From NCBI GenBank assembly GCA_038087875.1, contig CM075993.1, positions 434,001-498,000 of the forward strand: a DNA stretch of 64,000 nt. Direction: 5' to 3'. The translations under genes and the position numbers were made by a program. Every line of letters begins with the position of its first letter. Position 1 is the stretch's first letter. The DNA comes from Malacoraja senta (Eukaryota). Shown here piece by piece: positions 50,958-63,612 of this stretch. The notes under the pieces are model-generated. The model ran no database searches, was not told the origin of the DNA, and saw only the letters and a list, made by a program, of their open reading frames with translations.

Positions 50958-51648
50958 CAAGTAATGTGTGCTTCCATAACACAGATTGGACGTAACACGA
51001 TCGATGGATTAGGGAACACTATTTGTCTTCCGCGGGTCTATTTTGTCATAACACGATTTCGATTGGGAACTAAAAACCCACCAATAGTTACTTTGGAAAT
51101 TAAAAACTGCATTGGAAAATAAATGTTTCCATGTAACCACCCGGAAATAATCAGAAGCCGCTGTTATTTAAGGTTGTTGACACTGACAAGCAATCGCTTC
51201 TATTGACACTGCGATATCGCTCTAGGAAAGAATGTGGTATCCACCCATCACTTGCCCGACTTTGTCCCGCCACCACCTCTCTCCATCAGTCTGAAGAAGG
51301 ATCCCGACACGAACCCTCGCCTGCCCATGTTCTCCACAGATTCTGGTTGATTACTGCGCATCAGTGGTTACCTAGCGCAGGTCGGAGTAGAGTAGCGCTT
51401 AAACTTTGAAGTGGGCCTTTTTTTGAAGTGGGCCTTTTTTGACCAAGTTGAGGAGATCTAGTTGCTCAATCCCATTTTTAAATGACTTAACATCGGGAGC
51501 AGCGTGTGTTGGGTGGTAACCTATTCCATTCCCTTATCATCCTTGGGTAAAGGGGATATGTAGCAATTTAGCGAGTTGATGATGTAGGGACCGTTATTTT
51601 GTCATGTTTCATGGCAGTCGGTGCTCTGGAATGACGGGAGATTTTGAT

Positions 51649-51660
51649 CAAAGATCTTTG
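51649..51660. mobile_element. 12-bp palindromic remnant CAAAGATCTTTG with 8-bp TSD ATTTTGAT
   Basis: attttgat|caaagatctttg|attttgat (TSD at 51641-51648 and 51661-51668). Confidence 0.7.
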
Positions 51661-51942
51661 ATTTTGATGGCGTGATTTTGTGAATCTCCTTGTCCGACCC
51701 TGCCCGAGATACTACCCGACCCGCTGAGTTCCTCCGGCAATTCGTGTTTAGCATACAACCTTTAGTATGCTTTATTTTGCAGTAACAAAAATAAACTCAT
51801 AGCTATGAAAAAAAATTGCGAATTCCGAATGAAAAGCTGTAATTGAAAGCCTTAAGTTCCCTCGTTCCTCATCTAATTGTTTCTATAAGGCGAGGTTTAC
51901 GGGGAGCGCAAGGATTGTGTTAGCGCAGAACTACCTGCCTAC

Positions 51943-51988
51943 CAAAGATCTTATAGCGAAGCTAGAGATTAAAGATTAGAGATCTTTG
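51943..51988. mobile_element. 46-bp transposon remnant (P-like excision footprint) with 8-bp TSD CTGCCTAC
   Basis: ctgcctac|caaagatcttatagcga...gatctttg|ctgcctac (TSD at 51935-51942 and 51989-51996). Confidence 0.75.
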
Positions 51989-52049
51989 CTGCCTACTTTG
52001 TGCTTTCAGAAAGCTCCCCTTCACAATGTGCTGCACCCGGAGTGACCTA

Positions 52050-52400
52050 TCCCCCACTTGGCTGGCGGGCGGGCCGGACTGGGAGTCGCGGCCTGCGGGG
52101 CGCTGGGGAACATGAAGCGCGGACACGGCGAACAGCGGAAGTAGCGGTTGCTAGGGAGCCGGGGGGCGGCGGGGGTGAGCACGGTGCCGGCGGCCGCAGT
52201 GGGATCGGGAGGGGGACGGGGACGGGGACGGGGACGGTGCGGGACGGGGACGGGGACGGGGACGGTGCGGGACGGGGGATGCTGCCCGGCAAGTATCGGG
52301 CGAGGCTGCTCGGAAACCCGGTAGGTGCTGTGGGTATCCATGGAAACCCAACCCACGCCTCGCCCTTTGTGTGCGGTTCCGACCGGCGAGCCGCGTGTAT
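52050..52400 (+). promoter_or_regulatory. LRRC49 CpG-island promoter/exon 1 region with an X-box, an ETS-like site and a (GGGGAC)n tract
   Basis: CGGAAGT at about 52136; GTATCCATGGAAAC at 52334-52347 (X-box consensus); (GGGGAC)n at about 52212-52278. Confidence 0.6.
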
Positions 52401-53751
52401 CAGGTCTCGGGTACCGGGTCACTCTCCTGTGCTGAAGCACAGTCCTGTGTCACCGGGTCACTGTGCTGAAGCAAAGCAAGAATTTCACTGTCCTATGACA
52501 CATGACAATAAACTCACTTGAACTTGTCCGGGGCGCGGGGTCACTGTCCGGGGGTGAAAGGTCACCGTCCGAGGGCGCGGGGTCACTGTCCGCGGGTGAA
52601 GGGTCACTCCGAGTGCACGGGGTCTGTGTCTGGGAGTCACTGACCGAGGGCACGGGGTCACTGTCCGGGGGTGAAGGGTTACTCCGAGGGCACGGGGTCA
52701 CTGTCCGGGGGAAACCTTTGGCGCTCCAGAGAAAATAATACAAATTTGTGCAACCTCTCCTTGCCAATATCCTTTAATCCAGTCAACATAATATTTCCTG
52801 TCAATTTCTGAGCTGCTCTCATTGTCATTTGAATCCATCCTCAAATCTCTTTCCTTCCTTCCTTCCTCCCTTCCTTCCTTCCTTCCTTCCTCCCTCCCTC
52901 CCTCCCTCCCTCCCTCCCTCCCTCCCCCTACAAAGGAAGGAAGAGTTTGGATGACGCCGCCTGCCACATTGGGGCTTTACTTAACAAGGAACCTTTCCTC
53001 ATCTTTTGACAACGAGATTAGTCTTCTGTACCTAATGTTGAATTCATCATTTAAAACACTCATAATACCATTGTAATATTTCCACAATTCAGTTTTCTGT
53101 TCTGGTAATTTCAGGTTTTATTTGTTTTTACACTTCTGTCAGCGCTATCAAACTGTTATTCATTAATAACTGCCTTCGGACACCCAGAAAATTGCATAGG
53201 ATTTACATGGAGGGTAGAAAAAGGGTTGCAATTGCAAGCACCTGTTCTTTTTACAAAGAAAAGTGGATGACATATCAATTCCTAGTTAGTAACCTGTGAC
53301 TTAGTCACAGAGCTATACAGTATTGAAAATTGTCTTTCGGCCCACTTTGTCCATGCCACTGGGCTAGTCCCATTTATCTACATTTGGCCCGTAGCCTTGA
53401 AACCCATCCTGTCCTTCGTGGACTTCGGGAGCCGTGGTTTCCTGGGAGGTGGCGGCCGCTCCAGACACTCCGGGCCGCTGAGAGTGTTCACCCGACGCCA
53501 GAGCTTCATCATCCGGCGAGAGGGCCTGAGGCATCGGGCTGCCATATCGGCGACTGCAGAGGCCTCAATAAGCCCCGACTATGGGTGAACTGGGGATGGG
53601 ACTGGACTTTGCTGCCTTCCCCCACAGTGGGAACCATTGTGGGGGGGGATGTTTTTATGTTATTGTTAAATTCTTTAATGTTATCTTTATTTGTGTGCTG
53701 CATGGCAAATCAAATTTCACTACACCAATTGGTGTATGTGACAATAAATGT

Positions 53752-53785
<34 letters not shown>

Positions 53786-56700
53786 GACAACTGTTGGAAC
53801 ACAACTCTCTAAATGTTGCCTCTTCCCTTCCACGTGCACCCTAACACTGGCACTCAGTTATCATTCTGGTAAATCTACATTGCAGTCCCACTGAGGTCTG
53901 TACATTCTTCCTCAAGTGCAGTTGTTAGGACTGCCCAGAGTACTTCAGGTGCGACCTCTGCATTTGTTGTTGGAGTAAGTCTTGGTGAGGAGAGCCAATT
54001 CTGTGGCAATTTGACTGTGACAATTTTTGCAATACAATATTTTTCCATATTGTGACAAAACGGTGTTTTCTTTGAGATGACATTTTTTATTTAAACCAAA
54101 AGAGTTGGCAATGTTATGAGTCTGCCCTCTAATGGTTTAGTGTTGACAATGATGTGTTGAAAATTAGGCTTCTGATCACATAGTATTTTATTACTACAAG
54201 GTACAGTGTATTACAGGTATTATAACTTAATTGTTTTGTTTGCAGATTAATACTTGCAGTCTTCAGTTAACTGTGCAGGCTTCAGCTGTCGGAGATCGCT
54301 TATCTCAGAAGCAGCAGGTAAAAAGTGTCAATGATTGATAGAAATTACACTGAAAAAATACTGGTCTTACTTGCGACAAAAAATGTTGTTTTCTTCTTTG
54401 TGCCAAGAATTGACTTTAGAATCAAAATGCACTTTGAATGTCATTGGAACAAATATGCAAAATACTTTTAAATCAAATTTCTTCTCTATCTTCAACCCTG
54501 CTCATTCTCTATTCTCCCCTGTCCTGTCAGGTTGAAGATTCATAAGCTTGAAAACATGTACCATCAGATTCAAGAACAGCTTCTTTCTTGCTGCCATCAG
54601 ACTCATGAACGGACCTGTCAAACGCCCAATCTCCCAATCTACCTTGTTGCACCCTTGTGCTTGTTTTATCTGCACTTTCATTGTAGCTGGAACACTATAT
54701 ATTCTGCATTTTATTCCTTTTCCTCTCTTGCACAATGTACTCATGTACTGTATGATTTACCTGGATAGCACACAAAACAAATGTTATTCCACTGCCCCTT
54801 GGTACAGATGACAATAATGGCAAAATTCTATTCTGCATTATAGATGTTTGTGGTTTTATTCAGTGAATCATGAAATTCTGAATTCAAGAAAGTTTTGTTT
54901 TAAAATCACTTCATTTAAATCTGTATTTTTTATTTTGCAGCTTGATTATAGAGCAAATAAGGAGCTCCTTCCTTCACATAAACTTTTGAATGTGGATGGA
55001 GACAAGAATTTCCATGGAAAACCAGGTATGGTACATCTGCAAGTATTCACTTGTCTGACTACTAACATTTATCTCTCTCAGATTCAAACATACTTCAAAA
55101 CTGGACACAATACTCTAAATGTGGCCTCACCAATATCTTATATAACTGTAGCATGACCTCCCAACGTCTACACTCAATACTCTGACTGATGATGGTCACT
55201 GTGCCAAAAGCTTTTTTTGACCACCCCACAATTCAGTTCTTCTTCCACAATGCTTTAAACTCTCACGTGATCTTTTGTCTCTGGTTCTACTACAGAATGC
55301 AGCTTATTTTGTTTCTCTCCATGTAACAAAGACCTTATGAACTTTTGAAACTAATTTTCTGTAAAACAACTCTAAGATGAGCAAATTACCGCAACCCATA
55401 ATGGGAAAAGCGTTAATAATATGGCTGAACTTCATAATAATGCGAGGGAATTGGACTAATATTGCCTTTCACAGAATCACTGAGCTATCCTGGAAAATAT
55501 ATATTTGTGAGAAAAGTTTGGTATGTATCCCAAAGATGAACTCTGTAATAAAGTTTCATTCTGTTCTCATGGGCAATTCTATATGTTTTCTATTGCTGTA
55601 ATTGATATTCTGTATATTTTAATAGTATTTAATTGTTGATTATTTGAATGCAAATTATTGTACCTCCAGCACAAGCATCATGTCAGGTAGACAAGTTATA
55701 GGGAGGCAGATTATACTTGTGTAGACTCTTCATTGAATTTTGTTGTTCACAGAAATAACCTGTCATGATGATCCACACCGCCACTACTCAGAACTGTCAT
55801 TGAAGGAAACAGCTGGGGACATGCCATCACAAAGTCCCAGTTTACTAAAATCTCGACAGGGCTCTCAAAGTGCTGTGCCTTTCCATTCTCATAGTCACGG
55901 AACCTTGCCGTACTTACCAGGTATTTCCTGTTTCCTGTTCGTAACCTATTCTGTTTCTGTTTTAAAAGGTCTAACGAAACAACAGTCCTTATGTCAAGTG
56001 GGCTGAATTAGAACTGTACAAAACTATGAATAGTGCCTTTCCACTCTCAGTCCTGATATGGTTAAGTGGTTTATGATACCACATGCCTATCAGCACCAAC
56101 ACTTTTTAATCTCTCCGCACATAAAAAACACAATCACCTTTTTATTTTCTCCACTTATCTCGTATTTTTCTGCATTATATTGCATCCATGTCCTTGACCA
56201 TTTACTCACCCTGTCCATATCATCCCGAAGCCTCTTGGCATCTCCTCACAGGGGAGACTGACTTTCAGCTTTGTGTCATCGGCAAATTGCGATAAACTGT
56301 AAATATTAGATATTGATTGTGAGCAGCTGGGCATCGGCACTGATCTCTGGGACACTTCACAAGTTAGTTCTAACCTGAAAATTACCCTCTGTATTTAGTT
56401 TGTTCATTTATCCTTAATCAATGCTCAGGTATTAATTACCCCAACCCACTACCCACAGATCCTGATTTAATTTGAAAATCTTTTAACAATGGTCTTCTGA
56501 AAGTTCAAATACACCACATCACATGATTCACCTTTACACAGTCTGCTTCTATGTTTTGTCTGATGTTCTTAGATTATTTTGTTCATGCATGATGGAAATC
56601 CTGAACACTGTCCAGAATATTGTTGAGGTTGGGGTGGCGGGGGTGATGGTTGGTAAATGGAGAACTTTAAACCGGGGTTGTACATACACTTCCTAGGCAG

Positions 56701-59700
56701 AGCTACTCCAAGCCGTGAAACCAAGATGGATTGATGAAGACAATGTACAAATCATGATTCCATAGAATGGTAAAAGCAGATTGCAGGGGCTTGTGATTTT
56801 TTAAGGAATTTTGTTATCTCAAATCTTCCAAATAGTGCTGAATTGCTGACTCGTAGAAGTGGCTCATTTCTGGCTTCCTTGTTATTTATTTAGTTGGAGC
56901 ACCATTTGTTTGTATGTTAGCATGGCTTCAAATGTTCCAGTACAATGACCTTCTCTATATCCTGAGAAATGACCAAACCCTTTGTAAACTCCCAGGTGAC
57001 AATGTCATTTTCTCTGAGCTTCCTTCAACACCTGGAATACCAGTTGTATACCGCACACCCGAACAGCGGGCGGAATATGCAGACAGACTGAATCTGGACA
57101 GGTGAGTATGATTTTAAAAGATTGAAAGTTTAGATGGGCTTGTTGAGAAATGAACATAGAACAGTATAGTTCAGAAACGGGCCCTTTGGCCCACAATGTT
57201 TGTGCCGAACATTATGCCAAGTTAAACTCTCATCTGCCTGAACATGATCCATTTCCCTCTATTCCCTGCACTTCCATCTGCCTATTTAAAAGCTTCTTAA
57301 AGGTCACTGTCACCACCACCCTGGGCAGTGCATGCCAGGCTACCACCACTTTCTGTGTGATAGAACTTGACCGCACATCTCCATGAAACTTCCCCCCTCT
57401 CGCCTTATAGCTATGTCCACTAGTGTTGGACATTTCCACCCTGGGACAAAGGTTCTGACTGTCTAGGCCTCTCATCATTTTATATACTTCTATCAAGTCT
57501 CTCCTCAACTTCTGACGAACCAGAGATACCTATCTAAATCTATCCCTGTAACTGAAACCCTCTAATCCAGGCAGTGTTTGGGTAAACCTCCTCTGCACCC
57601 TCTTCAAAGCCTCCTCATCTTTCCTGTATTGGGATGACCAGAATTGCAAGCAATAGTCCAAATGCTACCTAATCCAAAGTCACAGAATTATACAGCAGGG
57701 AAACAGGCACCTTGGTCTAACTCATTCGTGCCAACCCAATTACTCCGTAAACTAATCCTATTTGCCTCTATTTCATCCATTCTCCTCTAAACCTTTCCTA
57801 TTCACATTCGTGTTCAATGATAAGTGGTCCCAACAATGTAATTAAGTTCATGAATATAAAAGAAAGTTAAAACGATACGATTATAAATTGAGAGCATTTT
57901 GCTGATATTTTCAGTTAAAACATCAATTTATTATCTTGTAAACTTAAATAAGGCAGCCACAACTGTAATGAAACATTGCCTAATTGAAGAAACGTGAATT
58001 AGTAGACAATTAAAAAAACAGCATTTGTATTGAGAGGAGTGGAATAAACCTTCCCTGAGCTGCGTCAGACTGAGTCCCAAGTCTGACAGGTTTTCAGTGA
58101 GGTGTCTACATTACAACGGAGCTACAGTGAATTAAGAAATTATAGCATTGTTCCCTTGGAACTACAGTGGGTAAATAAATGTAATTTTACATGGGTTACA
58201 AATTAACTGTTTTCAACCCTCCCAATATGAACTGTTTTTGAATGAACCATCACAAAATCTAAGCTCTGAAACCGTAACTCCCATATCATTGACAACATGT
58301 AAATTAATCCTTTCACCCAAGTCTTAAATGAAAACAGTTTATAAAAATGTCCTGGAAAATGCTCAGTGGTATTTTTGTTGCAGATTACACTTGTGATCGG
58401 GCATGTTCTGTAGCAAATACTTGAGCTATCTCTCGTACAGATTTAAATTGGAAGTTTTTAAATTTGTTTTTAATACTCATCTTTTGTTGAAATGGAATTT
58501 ATTCTACCATGCAAAACTTTACTTGCTGAATATCTAAGACATTACTTTCCATCAACAATTTAATATTTGTAATTATTGATCAGGCGAAATCTAACCGTCT
58601 GTCCAATACTGGAGGGTGAGCAACAACTTCGCTTGTTGAATTTCCAGCACAACCTCATCACGCAGATACAGCACATTTCCAACCTGCGCCGCCTTATCTT
58701 CTTGGACTTGTACAACAATCAGATCGAGGAAATCTCCGGTCTTTCTTCTCTGAGGTCACTCCGTGTGCTTATGCTGGGCAAGAACAGGTACAAAATCCTT
58801 GTTCGTGTATTCAGGCAGTAGATTGCTCTCTCATTTGATGAAATTATTGACTCAGCAACTTTTCCCAAATTCGTTTGAACTCTCTGACTCCAGCCAATTG
58901 AAAATGTCTTCCAATGTCTATTGAGTTCACTATTACTTCAGATTCTTAATGCCACATTTGGTGATATGATCTCTTGATGTAAGGACCTGTTATTCTCATT
59001 GTTTGGTCAAGATTGGAATGAGGTGACTTTTGCTCAGTTTTAGAGACACAAGAAACTGCAGATACAAATCAGGAAACAAAGTGCTGAGGGACTCAGCGGG
59101 TCAGGCAGCATCTGTGGACACTCAGTGTTTTGAGTCGGGACACCTTCAGACCGATGGGGTAGGCGGGGGAGAAAGGTGGAAATGAGAGGTGAGAGGTGAA
59201 GTAAAGCCTGGCAAATGATAGATGGATAGTGGTGAGGAGCTGATTGGCCGATGAGTGGAGTAAATCACAAAGGCTAAAGGTGATAAGGAAGCAAAAAAGA
59301 TTTTTGTTGTGATAATCTTCAGTCCATTTGAACACACTTCCCCCAATACCAGTTTAGTTTAGAGATACAGCGCGGAAACAGGCCCTTCAGCCCACCAAGT
59401 CCGTGCCGACCAGCAATCCCCGCACACTATCCTACACACACTAGGGACAATTTACATTTATACCAATCTAATTAACCTACAAATCTGTACGTCTTTGGAG
59501 TGTGGGAGGAAACCGAAGATCTCGGAGAAAACCCATGCGGTCACGGGGAGAACGTACAAACTTTGTACAGACAGCACCTGTAGTCGGGATCGAACCCGAG
59601 TCTCTGGCACTGTAACTCTATCACTGCGCCACCATGCCGCCGCTATAGGGCACTTTGTCAGATGTCTTCTAGGAATCCAAGTACACCACATTTACAGGTT

Positions 59701-62700
59701 CCCTTCTATCAACTCTCCTTGTTACAAGTTAAACATGATTTACTTTTTAAAATACTTTGTTGACTTTAGTCCCATTAGCTTTTCCATTACCTTGTCCGTC
59801 ATGATAGTGAGTGTTATAAGTTCTTCCCTTTAGTAACAAACCAGGTTAGCGTGAAGGCAGTCAGATATCTTTGCAATATTTTGGTGAGTCCTCTGCCATG
59901 AAGCCTGATACAAAATATTCCTGTTTCCATCAGGCAAGAGGTACAGGTGCCTAAAGTCTCACACCAGCAGCTTTATCCAAAGAAAAAAGAAAATAGCAGG
60001 TTACAGTAATGAGATAAGGGAGCGGTGGGTAGAACTGCTAATTCCCTGCAACTATTGAATTCTTCAACTGATCTGCACGACTCTAATCCTATCTCAGCTA
60101 CAGGACATTTCTGACCACCTCTAGAACTGCAATAGACTTGATTTCTAATCATGTTTTGCACTAATGTCTTGATTTTTTAACATAATCTTTTCTCTTTTCA
60201 CCACCTTGTGGAGTTTGTGTGAATTATATATAATTTATGATTTACGTCTCTGTACTTGTGATGCTGCTGCAAGTAAGGTTGTGCATTGTACCTGCACCTC
60301 ACCGTACTTGTGCAAATGACAATAAATTCAACTTGATTTGATTTAACTTATCTTCCATTTCTTTCTTTCCTGTTATTAATCTCAAGTTTTGACATCTCGA
60401 TATCCTACACTTACACTTGTTACCCTCTGGCCTGGAATGTTTTGCCTCCACTGGAGGTTACTTTGCCTCCACTGTTAACTCTGGTAAATCCTCTTGGGGC
60501 TCCAACTTAATCAGCCAGTGATCCATCAGTCTGTTGGCATTCTGTCTCTGGGCACAAGATGCCGACTTGGACTTGAGAATGACCAAAGAGTGGACTGGAG
60601 CAAGAAAAGTCAAATACGATGGACTTCCTGAAGAAGGAGTTGTTCTTTACCAGAGCAGGTGGTAAATGCATGTTTTGTTATTCGCAGGATCAAGAATATC
60701 TCCAATCTGGAGAATCTGACTGATCTCGATGTGCTGGATCTTCATGCAAACCAGGTGTGGTAACGTCACAACTAACAGGCACAGAATCTGTCAGCATTCA
60801 AATATTCAACCAGATTTGATCAGTTTTACACGAAAAACAAATCATTTATCAGGTTGATTGTGTGATATTATTAGTGTTTAGTGTTTGGAATAATTGTTAA
60901 AGGTTTCTGTGTTGTGCCAGCAACCGACAGTTATGTTTTGACACTTGGTGTAATGTCACTGATCAACTATTTTTGGAAACTCTTCAGATAACCCTGTCAA
61001 ATAAACGGATTGTAATTTTTGCTGCTCAAGGTACCTGGTAAAGTAAGTACATTTTTACCCAAATTGAGCATCTAAAAAAATGTCAGTATGTCCCTACTGT
61101 AATGTTAGTTTGCTCCAGGATATTAGTACTCCTGAACCACTAGCTTTCACATCCTTCACCATGGTAAATACAGGTGAGAAGTATTCATTCAGGACCTTGC
61201 CCATTTCCTGTGGTTTCAGACACACATTACCACACTGATCCTTATGGAGACTTACTTCCTGCCCAGCTACCCCTTTGTTTTTAATATATTTACAGGTTTT
61301 GTTTTAGGATTCTCCTTTATATTGTCTGCCAAGAATATCTCATTCCCCTTTATCGCCTTCCTAATTTCCTTCAGCTTAGGCAGTTGTGTATGCAAATGGG
61401 GGAGTCCCAGACCTGGTGGAAACCTACGCAGGGGAATGCTAACATCAACATCAACATCAATAGGATAGATGAGGTAGAATGGAGTTGTGAAGAAATTTTG
61501 AAAAGAGAAATATGAAAAATCTACATTTGTTAATCAGTTTATGCATGTGGGAAATATTTGTTAAATCACTATGGAACAAATGAAAGGTGAGAATTCTATT
61601 ACACACAATAATTGGGACTTGAACATCTAATCAGGAACAATGGGAGGGAGAGAAGTCAAATTCACAACAGATAATACAACTAATGGATATTTGGCAGAGG
61701 CCAGGGAACATAGAATTAATGTGATAGCAACAACTAGAAGTAGCAGAAGGAAGTTGATTGGGCGTATAAAATACTGCTGTGACAGTACAGAAGGGGTGAT
61801 GTTGTGGCATTCTGAAGAGAACTGTATGAGATGTTATGAGGAAAGGGATCTGCAGGGAGTTGTGAGGAGAGGGCAGGATAGTGGGACCAGCTGGATTTTT
61901 AAATCAAGCCAGTACTGTCTCAGTGGCCTGAATGGTCTGCTTAATGTTATAACTATTCTGTGTTATTGTTATAACCTTAAGGGGTAAAATGGCTTTGTAT
62001 TCTGCTTCTATTGCCATCTGTTTCATCTCAATGTGGATATCTTGGCACATTGTTGTGAAGTGGAAACATAAGCTGTGAAAAAGAGTGAAGCAAAGTTCAT
62101 TGGGCTGCTGCCCAGATGCTTGCACCTTCTGAGCAATGTCTCCCTGTACTTTTCCAATTGACTGGTTCTCAGTGTTACATAGAAACATAGAAAATAGGTG
62201 CAGGAGTAGGCCATTCGGCCCTTTGAGCCTGCACCGCCATTCAATATGATCATGGCTGATCATCCAACTCAGTATCCTGTACCTGCCTTCTCTCCATACC
62301 CCCTGATCCCTTTAGCCACAAGGGCCACATCTAACTCCCTCTTAAATATAGCCAATGAACTGGCCTCAACTACCTTCTGTGGCAGAGAATTCCACAGATT
62401 CACCACTCTCTGTGTGAAAAATGATTTTCTCATCTCGGTCCTAAAAGACTTCCCCCTATCCTTAAACTGTGACCCCTTGTTCTGGACTTCCCCAACATCG
62501 GGAACAATCTTCCTGCATCTAGCCTGTCCAACCCCTTAAGAATCTTGTAAGTTTTTATAAGATCCCCCCTCAATCTTCTAAATTCTAGCGAGTACAAGCC
62601 AAGTCTATCCAGTCTTTCTTCATTGTGTTGTAGCTACCACCTGAACAGGTCAAGGATAATTACTCTGTCACTGACTGAAGCTATCGTTACCCATTCTAGT

Positions 62701-63612
62701 GATCAGAAAACCTTGCCTGCAGGATGTGGCTTTCATTCATCCATTGCACATCACACTGAATTACTTGTGCTGGACAGGGCATCTGATGATTTGTATGTTA
62801 CAAATCAGCCTCTACCCACCCCTCCCTTATCTCATTACTGTAACCTGCTATTTTGTTTTTTCTTGGGATACATCTGCAGTTCTCACAAGTTTCATACTCC
62901 CAAAAGTTCCCTTTTTAAAACTGATATATAAATTAATAGGTCAAACCTGGAATTTGAGCACACCAAGCTACAATTTGTCAGTAGCCTCCTGGCTTGCCAA
63001 TCTATAATGAATTGAGATGTAGCAAGACAGATTACAAGCTTATTGTATTATAAAATGTGAATGTATGTAAACAGAGTAGGCGAAGATTTATCATTGTCTC
63101 GGCCCTCATTAGCACATCCAGTTTTGCCTTCAATGAAAACTTTGAACACTTGCTAATAATTAGTGGAAGGGAAGTTGTGTCCTGTTGCTGAGAGTCAGAG
63201 GCCACCAGCCAGTTAGAACAATCCCAGAGTAATAATCAGAGAGAGAGCGATGTGTCTGATTAAAGACTGGGCAGTCTGTGCGCCTGTTTCAGTACGGTCA
63301 ACTCATTTGCATAACTTTTCCATAAGACTGAGTTCTACTTTGTGTTTGGAGAAGAGTAATCATTATTTAAGAAAACCACAATGTTTTCCTTATGCTTTAC
63401 TTGTCAATGTTCTCATTTTTATTTGCCACCTGAGGAAATGTGAGTATTCAAACTATATTTATTAATAGATTTCGAGGATAGAGAACATTAACCATCTGAC
63501 TGAACTCCGCGTGCTAAATCTTGCAGGGAACCTCATTGTTCATGCTGAAAATATGAATGGTCTTGACTCACTAACAGAACTCAATCTCCGACGTAATCAC
63601 ATAGAATCTGTG
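52279..63612 (+). CDS. LRRC49: Leucine-rich repeat-containing protein 49, 5' part (gene continues beyond the window)
   Basis: Exons 52279-52320 (MLPGKYRARLLGNP), 54246-54317, 54941-55025, 55753-55920 (probable cassette), 56996-57101, 58584-58787, 60688-60754, 63469-63612; GT-AG with consistent phases. SDS22-type LRRs such as LRLLNFQHNLITQIQHISNLRRLIFLDLYNNQIEEISGL. Divergent from LARP6, as in other vertebrates. Confidence 0.93.
52525..52712. repeat. GC-rich minisatellite in LRRC49 intron 1
   Basis: Repeated GGGGTCACTGTCCG(G/A)GGG units of about 20 bp. Confidence 0.8.
52848..52928. repeat. (CCTT)n/(CCCT)n microsatellite; (ATCT)n at about 53753-53784
   Basis: Direct inspection. Confidence 0.9.
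55753..55920 (+). CDS. LRRC49: Probable symmetric (phase 1-1) cassette exon of LRRC49
   Basis: ttgttcacag acceptor, cag|gtattt donor, 168 nt, open in the frame set by the flanking exons (EITCHDDPHRHYSELS...LPYLP). Confidence 0.6.
59351..59641 (-). mobile_element. tRNA-derived SINE (HE1/V-SINE-like)
   Basis: Minus-strand head GGCGGCATGGTGGCGCAGTG (A box) ... GGGTTCGATCCCG (B box), central TGGGTTTTCTCCGAG...CCTCCCACA segment and CR1-like tail. Confidence 0.8.
62178..62622 (-). mobile_element. CR1 LINE 3' end, young (related copy at 20234-20625)
   Basis: (CATAGAAA)n tail and CR1 C-terminal coding region (RLRGDLIETYKI-like) on -; the two copies are very similar. Confidence 0.8.

Noticed and set aside
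59560-59641. tRNA gene
   Set aside because: The A and B boxes belong to a SINE head; there is no complete cloverleaf.
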